This document shows, piece after piece, positions 7,124-15,126 of a stretch of DNA of 15,746 bases. Below the pieces are notes generated by a model. That model did no database searches, had not been told where the DNA came from, and saw only the letters and a list, made by a program, of their open reading frames with translations. The DNA comes from Chlamydiota bacterium. Its GTDB lineage: Bacteria > Chlamydiota > Chlamydiia > Chlamydiales > SM23-39. The stretch is taken from assembly GCA_038534095.1 (NCBI GenBank), contig JBCAXK010000037.1, positions 1 through 15,746 of the forward strand, read 5' to 3'. The position numbers were made by a program, and so were the translations under genes. Numbering within the stretch: position 1 is the stretch's first letter; each line of letters starts with the position of its first letter.

Positions 7124-7961
7124 TATTCACGCCGATTTGATCAAAGAACTGCGCGCTATGACAGGCGTGGGTATGAGTAAGTGTAAAGAAGCTTTACAAG
7201 CTTCTTCTGGGGACTTGCAAGAAGCGGTCAATTACCTCCGAAAAAAAGGGATGGCATCGGGAGCAAAAAAAGAAGGCAGAGAGACCAAAGAGGGGAGAAT
7301 TGTCTTTTCTGAAGACGCCTCTGCTCTTGTCCTTGTGGAAATCAACGCAGAAACCGACTTTGTTGTAGAGAATAAAAAGTTTCAGGACTTTGCAAAAGAT
7401 GTAGCAGAGCAAGCCTTAGCTTCTCGCCCTGTCTCTCTAGAAGCATTTCTTCAAGAAAATTATGCGAAAGATCCTTCCATCACAATTGATCAATCTCGCA
7501 ATTTGGTGATCCAAACTTTGGGAGAAAATATTCAAATCAAAAGGCTTTCGATCGTTGAGAAAAAGCCAGGTACCTCTTTAGGGATCTATTCCCACATGGG
7601 GGGTAAAATTGTGTCTATGGTGGAGATTACTGGAAGTGAGCAACAAAAAGACCTCGCAAAAGAAATCTCGATGCACGTAGCCGCCTACCACCCAGAATTT
7701 TTGAAAGAAGAAGAGGTCCCTGAAGAGATTCAAGAGCGGGAAAAAGATATTGCTCGCTCACAAATGCAGGGAAAACCAGAAAATATCATCGAGAACATTC
7801 TTAAGGGGAAGCTCAAAGCGTTTTACGCTGAGAACTGTTTGATCCAGCAAAAATATGTCAAAGATCCGACAAAAACCGTTGAACAATTCGTTCGTGAAGA
7901 GGGGAAAAAGCAGGGAGAAACCTTGTATGTATCCGAGTTTTGGCGGTGGACTGTAGGGTAG
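7116..7961 (+). CDS. tsf: Translation elongation factor Ts
   Basis: Motifs IKELRAMTGVGMSKCKEAL, EINAETDFV, GENIQIKR and MHVAA. Real start is ATG 7116 (GAGGA SD at 7106-7110), overlapping the rpsB stop by 8 nt; the ORF-track start at 7023 is an upstream extension. Confidence 0.98.
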   Translation: MVSIHADLIKELRAMTGVGMSKCKEALQASSGDLQEAVNYLRKKGMASGAKKEGRETKEGRIVFSEDASALVLVEINAETDFVVENKKFQDFAKDVAEQALASRPVSLEAFLQENYAKDPSITIDQSRNLVIQTLGENIQIKRLSIVEKKPGTSLGIYSHMGGKIVSMVEITGSEQQKDLAKEISMHVAAYHPEFLKEEEVPEEIQEREKDIARSQMQGKPENIIENILKGKLKAFYAENCLIQQKYVKDPTKTVEQFVREEGKKQGETLYVSEFWRWTVG

Positions 7962-7966
7962 ACTTC

Positions 7967-8680
7967 GTGCCTGCATCGTATACAAGAGCTTTATGCAAAA
8001 TTTCGGGGGAGGCTCTTTGCTCTCCCCATCAGCAAGGTTATGATCAAAAAAGTCTTGCTGCTCTCACCTCTGCCCTTGCGGCTGCAAAAAACAGCGGCAA
8101 AGAGCTGGGACTTGTCATCGGAGCTGGCAATCTTTTCCGAGCAAAAGACGCTGGTCTTGACTATTCGAGAACAACTCTAGATGAAGTGGGCATGTTAGCC
8201 ACCATCATGAATGGGAAGCTTCTTAGCGCAGCTCTTCAAAAAGAAGGGATCAAAACTGCGCTCTTCAACGCATTTCCTTGTGGAGGATTGGCTGACGTAT
8301 TTTCTGAGCAGCAGGTAGAAAAGGCCTTTGAGGAGGGAGCTCTTGTCCTATTTACAGGTGGCACTGGTCATCCATTTTTCACAACAGATACAGCAGCGGC
8401 TCTTAGAGCGTTGCAAATTGGGGCAGATGTTCTCGTTAAGCTAACCACCGTAGAAGGTATTTACACAAACGATCCGAAACAGGATCCGAAGGCTACTAGA
8501 AAAAAAACCATCAGTTATCGGAAGATCATTGAAGACCGGTTAGGCGTTATGGACCTGGAAGCGGTGATCCTCTGTGAAAAGCATCGTCTTCCCATCATTG
8601 TCACCCATTTTGCAGACCAAACACATTTGACCACAGCTCTCTCATCGGGAGAAGTGGGAACCCTCGTTACAGAAGAGTAG
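7967..8680 (+). CDS. pyrH: Uridylate kinase
   Basis: Motifs KISGEAL, VIGAGNLFR, GMLATIMN, GTGHPFFTTDTAAALRA and GIYTNDP; located between tsf and frr. Likely GTG start at 7967 (ORF track gives 7940). Confidence 0.96.
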   Translation: MPASYTRALCKISGEALCSPHQQGYDQKSLAALTSALAAAKNSGKELGLVIGAGNLFRAKDAGLDYSRTTLDEVGMLATIMNGKLLSAALQKEGIKTALFNAFPCGGLADVFSEQQVEKAFEEGALVLFTGGTGHPFFTTDTAAALRALQIGADVLVKLTTVEGIYTNDPKQDPKATRKKTISYRKIIEDRLGVMDLEAVILCEKHRLPIIVTHFADQTHLTTALSSGEVGTLVTEE

Positions 8681-8684
8681 GATT

Positions 8685-9236
8685 ATGAGCATAGAAAAAG
8701 AAACAAAACATGCGATGGAAAATGCCCTTAGGCATTTGAAAGAAGAACTGAAAAATTTACGCACAGCAAGAGCCAATCCTGGAATGGTGGACAGTGTCCC
8801 TGTTTCTGTTTACGGCGCGACGATGCGCCTCAAAGATATTGCGAATATCACCACTCCTGAAGCGCGTCAGCTTCTCATCACCCCTTTTGACCAAAGCAAT
8901 GTTACCGCGATTAGTAAAGGGATTGAGCAAGCCAATTTAGGTCTTTTACCCGCTGTAGATGGCAATGCGATACGCATTCAAGTTCCTCCCATGGATACAT
9001 CTACCAGAAAAGAGATTGTCAAACAGTGCAAAAGAAAAGGGGAAGAGGGCAAAATCGCCGTCAGAGAAATTCGAAGAAAGCAAAATGAGCTTGTTCGTAA
9101 GAAAAAAAGCGAAGGAGAGCTCACAGAAGATGTGCAAAAAAAATCGGAAAAAAAGATTCAGGAGTTGACGGATCAGTTTTGTTCTGATATCGATCAAGCT
9201 TGCGCTGCTAAGGAAAAAGAAATCTTAGAGATTTGA
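8685..9236 (+). CDS. frr: Ribosome recycling factor
   Basis: Motifs LRTARANP, VYGATMRLKDIANI, AVREIRR and KEKEILEI; canonical position after pyrH. Confidence 0.98.
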   Translation: MSIEKETKHAMENALRHLKEELKNLRTARANPGMVDSVPVSVYGATMRLKDIANITTPEARQLLITPFDQSNVTAISKGIEQANLGLLPAVDGNAIRIQVPPMDTSTRKEIVKQCKRKGEEGKIAVREIRRKQNELVRKKKSEGELTEDVQKKSEKKIQELTDQFCSDIDQACAAKEKEILEI

Positions 9237-9238
9237 GC

Positions 9239-9267
9239 TTGTCGCAAAATCGCGCAGACCTTAAAAT
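9239..9267 (+). promoter_or_regulatory. Sigma66/sigma70-type promoter for the tRNA-Glu/tRNA-Lys pair
   Basis: TTGTCG-N17-TAAAAT, ending 19 nt upstream of tRNA-Glu. Confidence 0.55.
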
Positions 9268-9286
9268 ATAACGAGATAGAATGAAT

Positions 9287-9361
9287 GGCCCCATCGTCTA
9301 GTCTGGCCTAGGACACCGGGTTTTCATCCCGACAACAGGGGTTCGAATCCCCTTGGGGTCA
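9287..9361 (+). tRNA. tRNA-Glu (TTC)
   Basis: Acceptor GGCCCCA/TGGGGTC; anticodon arm CCGGG-TT TTC AT-CCCGA; T-arm AGGGG-TTCGAAT-CCCCT. CCA not encoded. Confidence 0.96.
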
Positions 9362-9367
9362 CATATT

Positions 9368-9440
9368 GAGACTTTAGCTCAGTTGGTAGAGCATCTCCCT
9401 TTTAAGGAGAGGGTCGTTGGTTCGAGCCCAACAAGTCTCA
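9368..9440 (+). tRNA. tRNA-Lys (TTT)
   Basis: Acceptor GAGACTT/AAGTCTC; D-arm GCTC/GAGC; anticodon arm TCTCC-CT TTT AA-GGAGA; T-arm GTTGG-TTCGAGC-CCAAC. CCA not encoded. Confidence 0.97.
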
Positions 9441-9963
9441 ATTTTTTTCTTCATTCTTCTATCTACACTTTTACCGTCCCCATTGCCTCTTTTTCAACCT
9501 AGCATATTCGCTTTCCCTCAAATTCCTATTTCATTATTAATCCGTATAACGGGGCGTTCTCTTCAAAAAAACTGATCTCCTTTTCTCTATAAAGTCTCCT
9601 ATTTCAAGACTTCTGCGTTCCCCGTTCTATTTTGCGCAGCACTTTCTAGCTGTTTTGAATAGGAGAGGCACGATTATCCGGTAAAAATAGATCAGGAGAG
9701 GCAAAAGACCGTTCTAGGTAAGCTACTGCGTTTCTGGTCGGAGGAAAAGAGCCTGAATGTTCTAAGGAGCGTTTGCAATCTGACCGACTTTGGGCTCTTT
9801 CCCAAAAAGAGGGGCAATACCATGGAGAGGTTTGTGAAAAAGGGAACAAGTAGCCGGAATGAGAGGAGTTGGTTCAGCAAATATATGGTCCGATATTTTC
9901 GGAATGGTACGCTGTTGCTTCCCTCGCAAAAGAGAATACATTTCCCCGTTTACGCCGTATTTC

Positions 9964-10743
9964 TCATGATTTTGGTTTGCGAAAAGTGATGACGTACATC
10001 GAATGATCCCATTTATAGCGCAGCTGCAGATCCTCCATCGTAGAAGGGATCGCCTTTGTTGGGGGAGAGATGTTCTCGACGTTTGTAAAGTAGCGTTTGA
10101 TGAGCGGCAATCGGGCGTACCAAGATTCAACATGTTCTTGCGTTTCATCACAAATAAGGATCATCGCGCCCGGTTTTGCGACCCGAATCATTTCATGAAT
10201 GGCTTTTGGAATGTCATTGAAAAAGTTGATGCCTCCAACGTGAAAAACTACATCAAAACTTCCCTCTTTGAAAGGGAGCTCTTCTGCATTTGCCTGAAGC
10301 AGTTGTAGGCGATAGGGCTTGATCAAAAAATACTTTTTACAAGCCCTTAGCATGCCCATGGAAATATCGACCCCCACGTAACTTGCCTCTTTGGTTAAAG
10401 CGGGGATATTGGCTCCAGCGCCAATAGAAGTTTCTAAGACGGTTTGGCCTGGGAGCACCTCTAAATCAGCAAGCAATTCTTTCCGTTTTCCGACCATATC
10501 CCAGCGAAGTAGACGGGATAAATACCAAAAAACCGATCCAGTAAATACTCCAACTTTATCATAAAATTTTTGGTATTTTGCGTTATTCCCTGTAAGGTCT
10601 CCTCCCTTTAGAAAGCTGGGAATGCCTCCGATGATAGGAAATGTTTTTTGACCATCGTCCCTAACAAGGGTTTGACCCTGTAGCTGGATCCCCTGATCTG
10701 ATTTAGGGTCTTTGAGTCGTTGTAAAAGGGTTTGTTCGATCAT
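9964..10743 (-). CDS. Class I SAM-dependent methyltransferase (UbiE/Methyltransf_11-like) with an N-terminal Trm112-like domain
   Basis: Motif I VLETSIGAG; GVDISMGML; ANAEELPFKEGSFDVV; EMIRVAKPGA. N-terminal LKDPKS...TFPIIGGIPSF resembles Trm112/YcaR. ATG 10743 is preceded by a GAGGA SD (ORF track starts at TTG 10755). Confidence 0.9.
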   Translation of the reverse strand: MIEQTLLQRLKDPKSDQGIQLQGQTLVRDDGQKTFPIIGGIPSFLKGGDLTGNNAKYQKFYDKVGVFTGSVFWYLSRLLRWDMVGKRKELLADLEVLPGQTVLETSIGAGANIPALTKEASYVGVDISMGMLRACKKYFLIKPYRLQLLQANAEELPFKEGSFDVVFHVGGINFFNDIPKAIHEMIRVAKPGAMILICDETQEHVESWYARLPLIKRYFTNVENISPPTKAIPSTMEDLQLRYKWDHSMYVITFRKPKS

Positions 10744-10766
10744 GCTATTCCTCAAGGTGAGGTTCT

Positions 10767-10796
10767 ATGATACCCCCTATTTAGAGGGAAGATCAA
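10767..10796 (-). promoter_or_regulatory. Possible sigma66/sigma70 promoter for the methyltransferase
   Basis: Minus strand TTGATC-N18-TATCAT, ending about 24 nt before the ATG. Confidence 0.3.
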
Positions 10797-10979
10797 TGAA
10801 AACCGGCAGTTCTCGAGGCCGCTTTTGCGGGGTATTTCGACAAAGTGGCGTAACCATCGTAGTCATTTCTTGAAGGGAAAAGCGCTTTCTGATCGCAAGG
10901 AATCGGAGGACTTATAGATAAGAATTTTTGGGAAAAAAGGGAGAAGAACCCAAAGATGTTACATAATGGACGGGGCAGA

Positions 10980-12641
10980 TTATGTGTTCATCAGGTACGT
11001 TGTTTGTCCGAGCTGCATTCCCTCTGATGAGTACCTTTTTTCCACAGAAAGTTTGATGGGCTTTTGCACATCGAGAGGAATTTTTGTAGTGCAGAGGAGG
11101 TGAATTTTTGTAGAAAAATCACCTTTTTCCCCCTGCACGGGTAAAAAATTGAGACCAATTCTTTTGATCTCTTTTTTGTCTTTTCGAATCACCTCGTCCA
11201 AATCTTCATCATAGACGGCGTACTCCCCATTTTGGCAAATGATTGTATTGGCTCTAATTGCAAGAGGCTCCAATTCTTGTAGGCGAAGAATGGGGATGAT
11301 TCCACTTGTCTGGGGTAATTCTGTATATAACCGCGCATTGTTCTTGAAAGAACACGAGGATCTTGAGGCTAAAAACTCTTCAAGAGCGACATAGCGTTTT
11401 GGAGAAAAGCGTTTTTGCGCTCCATAGAGCGTTGTTGCTGCCTCAATTTTTTCCCTGAAACTTAGACGCTTTTTGCCATAATACAAGCGATGCATCTTAG
11501 CGCGGATTTTTTCTGCTTTCCTTCGGAAAAAACGGCTCATGAATCGTGAGGTAGAAGACGAAATATTTGCTGTGGTAGGGGAGATAGTGTGTTTGTTTTT
11601 CCGAAAGCCAGTTCCTCGTTTTTTGTTCTGTTCCATTGAGAGAGCAAAGTGTAAAAAGGCAAACCAGTCTGCTTGCGCTTTAGCCTTGCGCGCATCAAGA
11701 TCTAACTGGTGGAGCTCTTCGATGTTTTGTAGCATCTCTTTGGTCACCAAAATCTTTGTCATACCCCCCTTTTTCCAAGCAATGAGCGATCTTGGTAGAT
11801 CTTTTTTTAGTTGTTCTTGTTTGAAGATCAGCAAGTCTTGTTCTTCATGGTGTAAATAGGACCGAACCATTGCTTTGATCTTTGTTTGCGTGATCTTTTC
11901 GTAAGAAATGGTAGATAAAGTGCGCATACGATCTAATAGGGTTTGTTGTTCTTCGTGGCAAACACTAGAAAAACGTTCTAGAGAGAACTTTTTTTCTTTC
12001 AGCGAGGTGATCAGACTCTTTAAGCTCTTATGATGAGCGCGTAAAGTCTCAAGTTCTGGATCGATATAAGAGGTACTATTGGCGCATTGTTGAGATTTTT
12101 TTTCTATGATTAGGGAGATTTTACCTATTGCAGATGTTGTACGATCGATTTCTAAGGCGAGCTTGTTTTTTAGCGCAGTGAGTAGGAGTTTTGGATCTTG
12201 GTGATTCGACGTACGCGCATCGATAGACGATAAGTAGTTTTGCAGCTGCTCTTCCAAGAATTCTTGGCGCACTTTTGCGACAAAAATGGTGTGGGCAAAA
12301 AGGGAAGTGTATCTGTAATTTTTCTCTGCGTATTCGATATAGTCTTTGAGAGGGCGTTGTAGCTGACTCCACAACCGGTCCTGCGGAAGTGTTGCCTCTT
12401 TGTCTAAAAGGCGCTCAAAGTGTGTACAGACTACTTCTTGAATGAGATCTTGATTCTTTATAACAGAAGATTGAGGGATTGTTTCTTCAAGGATTGTACT
12501 ACCTACAGGAAAACAGCCGTAATTAAAAGGACGAAGCGCGCTTGTTTGGTTCCTTTTTCGATGAGCCTGAGAAAAATTTTTGTAATTCTCTGGAATGCAT
12601 GAGAAGCAACAATAAGAAATGTTTTCATGAATAGTTGTCAT
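10980..12641 (-). CDS. Hypothetical protein, 553 aa, helical/coiled-coil with basic patches
   Basis: Long ORF; GAGGGGG SD upstream of the ATG; very AT-rich upstream region; no recognisable catalytic motif. Confidence 0.85.
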   Translation of the reverse strand: MTTIHENISYCCFSCIPENYKNFSQAHRKRNQTSALRPFNYGCFPVGSTILEETIPQSSVIKNQDLIQEVVCTHFERLLDKEATLPQDRLWSQLQRPLKDYIEYAEKNYRYTSLFAHTIFVAKVRQEFLEEQLQNYLSSIDARTSNHQDPKLLLTALKNKLALEIDRTTSAIGKISLIIEKKSQQCANSTSYIDPELETLRAHHKSLKSLITSLKEKKFSLERFSSVCHEEQQTLLDRMRTLSTISYEKITQTKIKAMVRSYLHHEEQDLLIFKQEQLKKDLPRSLIAWKKGGMTKILVTKEMLQNIEELHQLDLDARKAKAQADWFAFLHFALSMEQNKKRGTGFRKNKHTISPTTANISSSTSRFMSRFFRRKAEKIRAKMHRLYYGKKRLSFREKIEAATTLYGAQKRFSPKRYVALEEFLASRSSCSFKNNARLYTELPQTSGIIPILRLQELEPLAIRANTIICQNGEYAVYDEDLDEVIRKDKKEIKRIGLNFLPVQGEKGDFSTKIHLLCTTKIPLDVQKPIKLSVEKRYSSEGMQLGQTTYLMNT

Positions 12642-12861
12642 TCGTTTCCCCCTCGAAGATATAATAATAAATTTTTTATTAAAAAATCAATGTTTTTTAA
12701 AATTATGAAATAGGTTTTCTTAAGAAAAACACAAGCATCCCTTGGCAGGCTCTTAATACATCTATAGCAGAGGATTGTGAAATGGTTGTAAGTTTCTGAA
12801 AATAAAAGAAATAGATATTTTTACGCCCGCCTATTTTTAGCGGGCTGATAGAAAAGGCAAC

Positions 12862-12888
12862 AAAAAGGGGCTCTTAAACAAGAGCCCC
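12862..12888 (-). terminator. Rho-independent terminator (minus strand)
   Basis: Perfect 9-bp stem GGGGCTCTT-AAAC-AAGAGCCCC (12867-12888) with AAAAA at 12862-12866, giving a U-tract on the minus strand. No CDS ends just upstream of it. Confidence 0.65.
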
Positions 12889-13605
12889 ACAAGAAGACCA
12901 TGGTAGAATGTGTAAAGTCTTCAAAAAGATTTGATTTACAGAAATTTCTACTATTTTATCAAAAAAAGAAATTAAAATCTACGATTTTTTCATTAAAATG
13001 CGTTTGGTTCTTTTATAAATTATTTATAGTCAATCAATTGCGAAATATAACAAAAATATCAGACTTTTTATTGTGATTGTTTTGCATAGCGTTTTTGATC
13101 AAAAATCACCTTCTAGCCTTGTTTTCGTTCTACGATGTTGTAGAGAGTTGTTTTGGTCATTTTGTCAAAAGTGGGCAACATTGTGCTATTTCGATTTTGC
13201 AAGCTTTTCCGCGCAGTCTTTTCTAGAGCGTGTTGGGAAGATTTTGGCCAGCAAACTATCTCCGTAACCCCTCTACTTGCGCTGAATACTCCTTATGTTC
13301 GAGTAGCGATTGCCCATCTTTTTAGTAAGGAAGGCTCACATACAATCATTTAGGCGCAATAGCCTGGAGGCAATAGTTGAGAAGCGCCTAGAAGGTACCC
13401 TTCTGATAGGAACGAAGCGTTTCGGTTGCAAAAGCCGTATTCACGGGATTAGATCGGGACCACAAAGTGCATTCCCATGCACCGACTTGCTTAAGCAGGT
13501 AAAGGGGACCTATTTTCTCGGGGTTTTTTGAAAAATGCTAGATGGTTTTGTTACAGGTCTATAGAGAAGAGGCTCTCGGAGTCATCGCTGCAAACAGCCC
13601 TTCTG

Positions 13606-14940
13606 TTATGGGCGAGCCACTTCAATAACAGAACCAGTAATATGGGAGTCCTTCAAAAGCGCAATGGTTAATTCGGCAACTTTTTTCGGAGGTAGTAGGG
13701 TTTTTGGATCTTCCCCCGGAAAATTGGTGAACCGCATTTTCGTTGAGCACCGGGGAGGGACTAGAGTATTGATCCTAAGATGGGGCTCTTCATCAGCAAG
13801 GGCTTCGGTAAAATTCACAATGGCTGCTTTGCAAGCAGAATAGATTCCATAACCGCTACGCCCTCTTGAAAAGGAAGAGGAAGCAAAGTTGATGATGTGT
13901 CCACCTTTTTTAATGCGAGCAGACTGGCAAGCGTAAATTACCCCCTTCAAATTGATATTGATGAGTTGTTCGATTTGATCCGTAGCAAGAGATTTTAAAG
14001 GGTTGATGGTTAAATAACCGGCCGTATTGATGAGTCCATCGACTTCACCCACTTCTTCGTAAATCCTTTCGAGGGTCTTTCTGATCTCTAGAGGCCTTTC
14101 TAGATCTAAAGAGTGCGTCGTTGAAGAGCGTGATACCGAGATGGTTTTTGCGCCCTCTTTGTTTAAGAGTCGAGAAATCTCTTGTCCAATTCCCCCAGTA
14201 CCTCCGATCAAGATGTACGTTTTTTTTTGTAGAGAAGTGCAGGGGAGAGGACTGCTCTTTTTTTTCGCTAGAAGGTGGGCGGCGATCTCCACATCAAACG
14301 GTGTCGTGATTTTCATATTACGGGTAGAACCCTTGACAACAGCGACAGGAAGACCCAAACGGAGGATTAAAGAGCAATCATCCGTAGCCTCTTTCTTGCT
14401 CGTAAGAAGCGCTTCTCTGTGCGCTTTCAATAGAAGTTTGTGGGAAAAAGTCTGTGGCGTTTGTCCTAAAAAAAATTGGGATCTTGTAGGAATCTCTCCA
14501 ATTTCTTCTTCTGTCTTTTTCAAAGAAATCGTATCAGAAGAGGGGATGCAGGTATTGACCGCCTGTTTTTTGTAGGCCATCTCGATATTGTTTTGAAGAA
14601 TGCTTGGAGATACGAACGGCCTTACTCCGTCGTGGATCAAGATGAGATCGGTTTGTACCGATTCCGCAGCGATTCTTGAGGATTCTTGACGCGTACTGCC
14701 CCCGATGAAAATGGGGTGATTAGGGGTGGTTTTTTTGACGTAACTGTACCAATCTTTAGGGCAAATCAGCGCGATTTCATCGATAAGCGGACTCCGTTTT
14801 AACGCATCTAGGGTGTGCTCATAAAGCGCTTTTCCATGAATGGTAAGAAATTGTTTGGGAGTAGAAAAACCTGCGCGAAGGCCGCTGCCAGCCATCAGAA
14901 GTACAGCGGTCACTTTTTTCTGCAAATACATAAACAGCAT
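13606..14940 (-). CDS. bcs1: Bifunctional IspD/TarI-type cytidylyltransferase + SDR reductase (Bcs1-like ribulose-5-P reductase / CDP-ribitol pyrophosphorylase)
   Basis: N-domain: LMAGSGLR..PKQF, IHDGVRP, QTPQ, TDD, NMKITT. C-domain: GGTGGIG, SSSFSRGRSGYGIYSACKAAIVNFTEAL (Bcs1-type SSSYTRGR..Y.IYS..KAA), TKMR..F..EDPKTLL. AGGAG SD before ATG 14940. Confidence 0.88.
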   Translation of the reverse strand: MLFMYLQKKVTAVLLMAGSGLRAGFSTPKQFLTIHGKALYEHTLDALKRSPLIDEIALICPKDWYSYVKKTTPNHPIFIGGSTRQESSRIAAESVQTDLILIHDGVRPFVSPSILQNNIEMAYKKQAVNTCIPSSDTISLKKTEEEIGEIPTRSQFFLGQTPQTFSHKLLLKAHREALLTSKKEATDDCSLILRLGLPVAVVKGSTRNMKITTPFDVEIAAHLLAKKKSSPLPCTSLQKKTYILIGGTGGIGQEISRLLNKEGAKTISVSRSSTTHSLDLERPLEIRKTLERIYEEVGEVDGLINTAGYLTINPLKSLATDQIEQLININLKGVIYACQSARIKKGGHIINFASSSFSRGRSGYGIYSACKAAIVNFTEALADEEPHLRINTLVPPRCSTKMRFTNFPGEDPKTLLPPKKVAELTIALLKDSHITGSVIEVARP

Positions 14941-15126
14941 TCCAGTTCTCCTAAAAATATACCACGCTTTTGATAGGCATTCTAGAAGAAAAAGCCAAGC
15001 AGGGTTCCTTACCTCACAGGCCCGTTTTTAGGATCGGGTAAAAAGGAGATTTGGCGAGCCATGTTTTCGAAAAATACTTTGTCTGAAAATGGTTTTGAAA
15101 TTCTAAAAATAGAGAAGTTTGGGGAT

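Noticed and set aside
9646..9989. Short minus-strand ORFs and a 109-codon stop-free + frame (9663-9989, first ATG at 9822)
   Set aside because: No recognisable homology or good start context; could be eroded gene debris but cannot be supported.
9425..12052. Possible att-site duplication of the tRNA-Lys 3' end
   Set aside because: Only a 9-nt match (AAGTCTCAA near 12044, inside a CDS) was found, which is chance level, and no integrase is present.
12825..12845. GCCCGC-N9-GCGGGC hairpin
   Set aside because: A real 6-bp stem, but with no adjacent U-tract on either strand, so not called as a terminator. It may belong to the neighbouring RNA element.
13092..13105. Perfect palindrome TTTTTGATCAAAAA (and TTTTTGCAAAAA at 231-242)
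   Set aside because: Built mostly from A/T homopolymer runs, which are abundant in this genome, so low information.
13351..13460. Resemblance to a TPP riboswitch (TTGAGA) or group II intron domain V (AAAGCCGTAT)
   Set aside because: The downstream consensus elements (ACCTGAT..TAAT..GCG.AGGGA and GTACGGTT..GAGGG respectively) are missing.
13073..13531. Three overlapping + ORFs as one frameshifted pseudogene
   Set aside because: The joined translation resembles no family I recognise and there is no SD.
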